Shown: piece by piece, positions 22,079 to 28,138 of the stretch | Position numbering within the stretch: position 1 is the first letter of the stretch | How the letters are laid out: every line of letters begins with the position of its first letter | Source: Emiliania huxleyi CCMP1516 | Lineage: Eukaryota | Length of the DNA: 28,138 bases | Assembly: GCF_000372725.1 (NCBI RefSeq) | Contig: NW_005201421.1 | Coordinates: 372,001-400,138, forward strand | Direction: 5' to 3' | Position numbers and translations under genes: made by a program | The notes under the pieces: generated by a model | Seen by the model: the letters and a program-made list of their open reading frames with translations, nothing else | Databases searched by the model: none | What the model was told of the DNA's origin: nothing

Positions 22079-22524
22079 CGCTGCGGGTCGCTGCGGGCCG
22101 ACGATTGTGGACTGATCGATCGTGGCGGGCGGATTTCGGCTGGGACGTTCTACGGTTAAACCAAGAGCGTCGGCGCGGACACGAGAGACTTATAAGGGTA
22201 GAGATTTAAACCGCCCCGCGCACAACACTGGGCACGGGTCTCCCATCCCTCCCTTGGGTTGTCTGTTTTCTTTCTTTCTTTTCTGGGCACGGGACTGGCG
22301 CGCACTGGCACTAACACAGGAAAGAATTTTGATCTTTTCATCGCACGACGCTGGGCCCCTAAAATCCCTGTGTGGTGGCGGCGTGCCGTCCTCCCATCCC
22401 TTCCTTGAGTTCTATGTTTTCTTTCTTTTACACTTGGTGAGCCGGTGTGTGTGCCAGTCCGCGCCAGTCCGCGCCCTTGTCGTGCCAGTGTGCTGTGAGA
22501 GAGGCTTGTATTTTAAGAATTCTT

Positions 22525-23277
22525 CTGAGGGAGGGTGTAGAGGATGTAAAGTGTAGAGCGCTGTAGAGCTGTAGAGCGCTGTAGAGCTGTAGAGCTCTAC
22601 ATCCGCCGCGGGACGAAGTGCCTGCGTTGTAGAGCGATGTAGAGCGCGATTTTGCTGCAGAGTTTGTTGTAGAGGCTCTACAGCCAAACCGTCGGGAAGG
22701 CAGTGACTCAAAGAGGTCGAGTCGCACTAATGGGGTGTCTCCGAGCTTGCTGGAGCTCTAATGGACGGCCCTGACTATCCCTGACACACAGAGAGTCAAG
22801 GACGGTCGCATTTGCGCGAGGCGAGGCGAGCATTCAGACGCGTTGCATGCGCCATGCCTCGCGCCAGCGCGTGCGGGAGCTCCTGGCTGAGCGTTGAGTC
22901 CAGGCGAGTTGCGCTGGCCACTATCGCTACGCCGAGCCGAGCTGACGCGCCGAGGCGCCGGCCAGTCGCAGCCGTGAGGCATGCCACAGCAGCAGAGGCA
23001 CCTCCCACCCATTGGGCGGGCAGACAGAAGGCCAGGGCAGCACTGGCAAGTGCAACGCGCCTCATGTCGGAGAGCGACCGTGCCTCGTTCGCCGTTTATG
23101 ATGTAGAGTTTGTTGTAGAGATTTCACGTTGTAGAGCGCCTCTACATCGCTCTACAACGCAGGCACTTCGTCCCGCGGCGGATGTAGAGCTCTACAGCTC
23201 TACAGCGCTCTAGAGCGCTCTACATCTCTACAGCTCTACAGCGCTCTACACTCTACATCCTCTACACCCTCCCTCAG
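22525..23277. mobile_element. Non-autonomous TIR transposon, ~120-bp TIRs, 8-bp TSD GAATTCTT
   Basis: ctgagggagggtgtagagg...atgtagag (22525-22644) is inverted at 23140-23277. gaattctt flanks both ends (22517-22524, 23278-23285). The TIRs are rich in GTAGAG subrepeats. Confidence 0.88.
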
Positions 23278-23438
23278 GAATTCTTTTACACTAGGCACGG
23301 GACTGGCGCGCACTGGCACTTTAGAATGGGCAACAAAACTCCCTCGCACGACACTAGGCACGGGACTGGCGCGCACTGGCACTAACACAGGAATTTAGAC
23401 TTAAGAATTTAGAAAGCAGCACGACACTGGGCACGGGA

Positions 23439-24079
23439 GGTGAACCTTCTTTTCTAGACGGCTAGGATTGAGAGCAGCCTCGCTCTCAATCTTAGAAGTC
23501 GAACGAAGGATTGTGAGCAGCACTCCTCGCAATCGTAGCATCTCTGTGCGATTGTGAGCGCCTACGCTCGCAATCCTACATCTTCTAGCATCAGGATTGC
23601 GAGCGGGCCCCCTCGCAATCGGTGGGATCACTGTTTGGATTGTGAGGAGACCATCCCAGCACGCTCACAAGCGCTCGCGGCTGGAGCGACTGGGAGCGCC
23701 CCCTGTGCGCCTGCCAGCAATCCTTGGATCTTTGGTACGATTGTGAGCATCGCCGCTCATAATAGTCCTACAAAATGTAGGATTGCGAGCGCTACTGCAG
23801 CTCGCAATCGGAGGCATGTTGCTAGGATTGTGAGCAGTGCTGCTCGCAACCCTAGACTTTGCTCGGATTGCGAGCGCGCTGGTAGTAGTCGTAGGCGTCA
23901 CCAGTCACCTTGGGAGCGGAGCTGCTCTTAGTCCTAGAAGATGTAGGATTGCGAGCGTAGGCGCTCACAATCGCACAGAGATGCTACGATTGCGAGGAGT
24001 GCTGCTCACAATCCTTCGACTTCTAGGATTGAGAGCGAGGCTGCTCTCAATCCTAGCCGTCTAGAAAAGAAGGTTCAGC
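23439..24079. mobile_element. Foldback/Mutator-like non-autonomous element, ~150-bp TIRs, 9-bp TSD GGCACGGGA
   Basis: tgaaccttcttttctagacggctaggattgagagc... (23441-23588) is inverted at 23934-24077. ggcacggga flanks both ends (23430-23438, 24080-24088). About 12 internal GATTGHGAGC..GCTCDCAATC palindromes. Confidence 0.88.
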
Positions 24080-24150
24080 GGCACGGGACTGGCGCGCACT
24101 GGCACTAAATAATTTTAATGTTTCCTCGCACGACACTGCCCACTCCCGTT

Positions 24151-24482
24151 CCCCTGTGTCCCTGATCGTCCTTCCAAAATCCTGCTCGTGCAGGTAGGGA
24201 CCCTGTCCTCCCCCCATCCCTCGTCTGGGGAGCGTGTTTTCTTTCTTTCTTTTCTGGGCACGGGACTGGCGCGCACTGGTACTAACACGAACAGAATTTT
24301 ACAAGGGATCTCACGACACTAGATTTAGCCTGAGATGAGACCGCCACGCAGTGGAAAATTGGGAGTCCACCGAGCCCCGCGCTGCGAGCCTGTCGTGTCC
24401 CTTCCTTGCTTGCTTGTCAGGAGGAGGAGCGAGAGAACCCCCTGTGCCCCTGATCGTCCTTCCAAAATCCTGCTCGTGCAGG
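24151..24482. repeat. 44-bp direct repeat pair
   Basis: cccctgtgyccctgatcgtccttccaaaatcctgctcgtgcagg at 24151-24194 and 24439-24482. Confidence 0.88.
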
Positions 24483-25018
24483 GGGTAGACCCGTCGCGGC
24501 GGCAGCCCGGACCACCGTGATCTACGACAAGGAGGGCCACGCCTCCCCGAGCTCGAGGAGGAGCCGGCGGAGGGGAGGGGCGAGCCGAGAACGATAGAAA
24601 GGCCGCGGGTGCGGGCGCGATTCGTCGACCAGGGAGAGCCGGTCCGACCCCTCGGGGAGGGGAGGCGATATAACCCAACGCCGCCGCCCTCGCCCGGGGA
24701 GTCGGGCACGGGATCGCCACCCGCGGAGTCAACGGGATCAGACAGAGAAGGCGAGACGGCGGCGAAGCCGCGGTCGAAGAAGTATAAGAGGGGAAGGCGG
24801 GCTCCGCAGCCGACGCCTGACCATCGGAAAGCGAACAGGAGGGGAGACCGGGAGGAGAGGGGCGAGCCCCTTCGGATGGGGGGTGGGGAGATCGGGCGGA
24901 GGAGCCCTGAGTGGCGATGTCGGGTGAGAGTGTACGTCATGCTCGTGTCTGGTGTTTACTAGCTCCGAGTAGAGGGGGCGTTCCGCCGCTAGGGGACACC
25001 CAAAGCGCAGAACCAACC

Positions 25019-25193
25019 CTCGGAGACCTGTGTTTACTTTACGGCCCTTTCCCTGCGAACGCGCACCCCCCCGGGCTAGGGCTCTCTAGCCCGTAACCCG
25101 ATGCCGATCATCCGGCCCGCTGGGTGCGCTTCTTAGCTCCCCGGCCCTGGAAGTGGATGTGAGGTTAATGACTGCACTCCAAGTGCTCCCAAG
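25019..25193. repeat. Dispersed ~180-bp repeat, copy 2
   Basis: Near-identical to 3049-3232; its 3' part recurs at 26525-26600. Confidence 0.9.
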
Positions 25194-25348
25194 TCGCAAG
25201 TGCAGGTGAGGACCCTGTCCTCCTCCCATCCCTCGTTTGTTTTCGGGGGTTCTTTTTATTCTTTCTTTTACACTAGCCGCGGGACTGGCGCGCATCCGCG
25301 GCATGCGGGACTCTGGCGGATGTCGGCGGCGCGCGCCACCCACTGGCA

Positions 25349-26310
25349 CTAACATGGCACACCAGAGTCGAAGAGAAAGACCACACAAGTGCCCGCATCC
25401 GCCATCCCTCCACCCTGCTGTGTGGAGTGATTTCTCTCTGTCTCTTTCTTTAGACCCGAGGCGGCGTCGACGCGCACCATCCGCTCCCCATCTCGCTCTC
25501 CCTCGTAGTGCTGCACGTTGCCGCGGGAAACTCCATGCGCACCACCCGCTCCGCACCTCGCTCGCCCTCGTAGTACTGCACGATGCCGCTGGCAGTCTCC
25601 ATGCGCACCGTCCGCTCCGCACCTTGCTCGCCCTCGAAGTGCTGCACGGCGCCATTGGCACGCTCCATGCGCACCACCCGCTCCGCACCTCGCTCGCCCT
25701 CGAAGTGCTGCACAGTGCCGTCGGCAAACTCCCTGCGCACCACCCGCTCCGCACCTTGCTCGCCCTCGAAGTGCTGCACAGTGCCGTCGGCGAACTCCCT
25801 GCGCACCACCCGCTCCGCGTCTTGCTCGCCCTCGTAGTGCACCACGTTGCTGGGAAGCACCAAGCGCACCATCCGCTCCGCGCCTCGCTCGCCCTCGTAG
25901 TGCTGCACCTGGCCGGACTGCAAGAGGCGTCGCCGCAGATTCGCGCCATTCTTTTCGCCGCGCCGCAGTCTCCAGTATTCGGCGCGACTCACGCCAGCAC
26001 CCGTCACTTCCGACGAGAGGCAGCGTGCCGGGCTCACCCTCGCAAGCCACGGGAAGTGGTATCCGGCAATCAAGCGCTCGATGAGAAGCAGCCGCATCGC
26101 CACGGCGAAGAGAGGGTCCTTGAAGCGCGCCAGGCCGCTGCGCAGGGCGAGGAGGCCGAGGCGCGGCGACGCGAGGCTTAAGGCGGCGCAGTCGGAGAAG
26201 TCGTCGACGCCCTCGAGGATGCGGAGGTGCAGCTCCGGCGGCAGCTCGCCCAGCCAGTCCGTGGGCGGGGCGTCGTCGTCGTCGGTGCGTGCTCGAGGCG
26301 GAGACTCCAT
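25349..26310 (-). CDS. F-box-like protein with seven ~21-22-aa beta-hairpin (MORN-like) repeats; frameshift in the last repeat
   Basis: ATG at 26310. WLGELPPELHLRILEGVDDFSDCAALSLASPRL is F-box-like, followed by seven V(Q/V)(H/Y)(Y/F)EGE(R/Q)GAERxVRxE...G repeats. Repeat 7 (NVQHYEGERDGERMVR) is in another frame after about 25525. Confidence 0.7.
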
Positions 26311-26524
26311 GGAGGCACGGCGCCTCACCTGAAAAATAGAGAAAAAACTCCGCCATATTTCTAAAGGTATAGCTGCTCGTTTGTTTGCCGCGAGGGGCGG
26401 TCGAGGCCTCTGTCCGACAGATGCGGGGTTACACTCGGTGAGGGAGGCGGAGGAACCATGGAAGATCAGCGTTTCATACAGCAAGCGCCGTGCGCATTAG
26501 AGGAAGAAATGGCGCGCCCAAATG

Positions 26525-26600
26525 ATCCGGCCCGCTGGGTGCGCTTCTCAGCTCCCCGGCCCTGGGTGTGCGGTTACTGACTGCACTCCAAGTGCTCCAA
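26525..26600. repeat. Partial copy 3 of the dispersed repeat
   Basis: atccggcccgctgggtgcgcttctcagctccccggccctgg...gactgcactccaagtgctccaa. Confidence 0.88.
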
Positions 26601-26715
26601 ATGAACCATTGAACAACACCAGAGTCCGGCAACAAGCGCCGTGCGCCGAACAAAAAAGAAGTGGGCCTCAGGACAACTACCTACAACTGGAGTGTAGTGG
26701 CACTAACTAATACGG

Positions 26716-26821
<106 letters not shown>

Positions 26822-27062
26822 CTACGGAGAGAGATGTAGATGTGATGTTGCAGAGATAAGGCCGAATCGGCGAAGCATAGGTCTAAGTTTGGGGGGGTAC
26901 GGTAGATGTCCTGCGAACGAGGTCAACGAGAAGGTGCAGCGCGTCTCGCGCTGCACGTCCTGCCCCACTCTCCGCTGCGCCAGCTTTGCCACCAGCCACG
27001 CCCGCCCCGCGCCTCCAGGTCGACCTGCCGGAGACCGCGTCCCGCCGCCTCGGCACCTCATC

Positions 27063-27742
27063 ATGCCGAAGCGGCCGCTCGACGACGTCGTGCTCGTGAT
27101 CCGCGGCACCGTGATTGACAGCCCAGAGCTGACGACGCTGCGCGTGCGCACCCACGCCGTGCTCGGCGTGCGCGCCATCGGCACCGTCGCCTTCTGCGAA
27201 GAAGGACACACCGAGCCTCTCTCTCCTGGCAGCAGCCTGGTGCTCCCGCCGCGCGCCCGCGCGCCCGTTACGTCTCTGCCGCCGACCGTCCCACCCGAGC
27301 CGGCAGGTGCTGCGCGAGGGAGGAGAGGTGGTGCTGAGCCGCGGCTGCGTCATCCGTGACCTGCCGGCCCGCGGCTTCCTCTGCCCCGGGCTGGTGGACA
27401 CGCACACGCACGCGCCGCAGTTTTCGTTTACCGGGATCGGGCGCGGCTCTCTCCGGCAGCGGGTCGAGTGGCCGGACGAGTGACCGTGCTTGCCGACCGC
27501 GCCCCGAGCCGCGCCCCAGGTACGACCTCCAGCTACTCGACTGGCTCAACAAGTACACCTTCCCCTCCGAGGCCAAGTTCAAGGATGCAGCCTTTGCCGC
27601 GCGCGTCTGCCGGAACGCCGTCGCGCGCACGCTCCGGAACGGGACGACGTCATGCATGTACTTTGCGACGATCCACACGGACGCGGCGCTGCAGCTCGGC
27701 CGGATCGCCTCGGGCATGGGCCAGCGCGCCTTCGTCGGCAAG
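27063..27742 (+). CDS. GDA: Guanine deaminase (amidohydrolase family), 5' three exons; continues beyond the window
   Basis: Exons 27063-27239, 27307-27440, 27520-27742 give FLCPGLVDTHTHAPQFSFTGIGYDLQLLDWLNKYTFPSE...LRNGTTSCMYFATIH...GQRAFVGK. Confidence 0.93.
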
Positions 27743-27770
27743 GCGCGCGCTCGCCTCGCCCGCCCGCCTC

Positions 27771-27950
27771 GCGGAAGGAAAGAGGCGGCCCTGGCGGAAG
27801 GGGAGGAGGCGGCCCTGGCGGAAGGAAAGAGGCGGCCCTGGCGGAAGGAAAGAGGCGGCCCTGGCGGAAGGAAAGAGGCGGCCCTGGCGGAAGGAAAGAG
27901 GCGGCCCTGGCGGAAGGAAAGAGGCGGCCCTGGCGGAAGGGGAGGAGGCG
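27771..27950. repeat. 23-bp intronic minisatellite, ~8 copies
   Basis: gcggaaggaaagaggcggccctg tandem units after the GC donor at 27743. Confidence 0.93.
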
Positions 27951-28094
27951 GGCGGCGCCTCGTCCCGCCCGCGGGATCGCCGCTCCGCCTCCCCAGCCCC
28001 CTCTCCGGCCTCTCCCTCCCCGCCCGCCACGGCTCTCCCTCCCCGCTCCGACCCGCCTCTTCTCCCGCGCGGCATATGGGCATGGACTAAGCCG

Positions 28095-28123
28095 AACCCT
28101 TACCCTAACCCTTACCGTTACCC
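28095..28123. repeat. Degenerate interstitial telomere-like hexamers
   Basis: aacccttaccctaacccttaccgttaccc (CCCTAA/CCCTTA variants) inside a GDA intron. Confidence 0.5.
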
Positions 28124-28138
28124 CTTCTCCCGCGCGGC

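Larger units (their letters stand above)
22222..25350. repeat. Modular repeat array built on (gcacgacactrg)gcacgggactggcgcgcactggcact with variable AT-rich spacers
   Basis: Core motif at about 22286, 23294, 23357, 23430/24080 (split by an insertion), 24257 and 25277, with an inverted variant at about 22451. Linked modules ccctgtcctcccatccctc and ttttctttctttt recur. A further copy sits at about 15318. Confidence 0.88.

Noticed and set aside
23289..23320. Helitron 3' end (CTAG on the minus strand of the array repeat)
   Set aside because: CTAG is present in only some copies and I see no convincing subterminal hairpin. Not excluded, but unsupported.
23466..24052. lac operator-like sites (ATTGTGAGC...GCTCACAAT) suggesting vector contamination
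   Set aside because: Half-site spacing and flanks differ from lacO, no other vector sequence is present, and the units lie within a TIR element with a TSD. The resemblance is probably coincidental.
22222..24325. Bona fide CRISPR array
   Set aside because: Eukaryotic intron-rich context, no cas genes, non-palindromic repeat, irregular spacing, and partly related spacers. Kept only as a repeat-spacer-like finding.
24609..24962. Basic NLS-like ORF within the repeat complex
   Set aside because: No ATG start, no domain and low complexity; cannot be distinguished from TE-internal sequence.

Overview
GC-rich, intron-containing eukaryotic DNA. Many GC-AG introns, 11-bp intronic minisatellites, long GA/TC microsatellites and an N gap point to a haptophyte such as Emiliania/Gephyrocapsa huxleyi (inference). 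Genes in order: spliced prephenate/arogenate dehydratase (-, runs off the left edge); small single-pass membrane protein (-); TLC-domain membrane protein (-); RanBP2/NZF zinc-finger + UIM protein (+); an 830-aa fusion of a glycosyltransferase-like domain and a 2OG-Fe(II) dioxygenase (+); IBA57/YgfZ (+); divergent sulfotransferase-like gene (+); GH130/GT91-like beta-propeller protein (-); SLC35F-type transporter (+); a fragmented M3A mitochondrial intermediate peptidase spanning the gap (-); an F-box + tandem-repeat gene (-); and guanine deaminase (+, runs off the right edge). The most striking non-coding structure is 22.2-26.7 kb: an array of a conserved ~37-bp motif separated by variable AT-rich spacers. 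Two long-TIR non-autonomous transposons with clean 8-bp and 9-bp target duplications have inserted into it, and the F-box gene follows between direct repeats. A nested direct/inverted repeat complex lies at 4.8-6.2 kb. All gene models were spliced by eye and no database searches were run.
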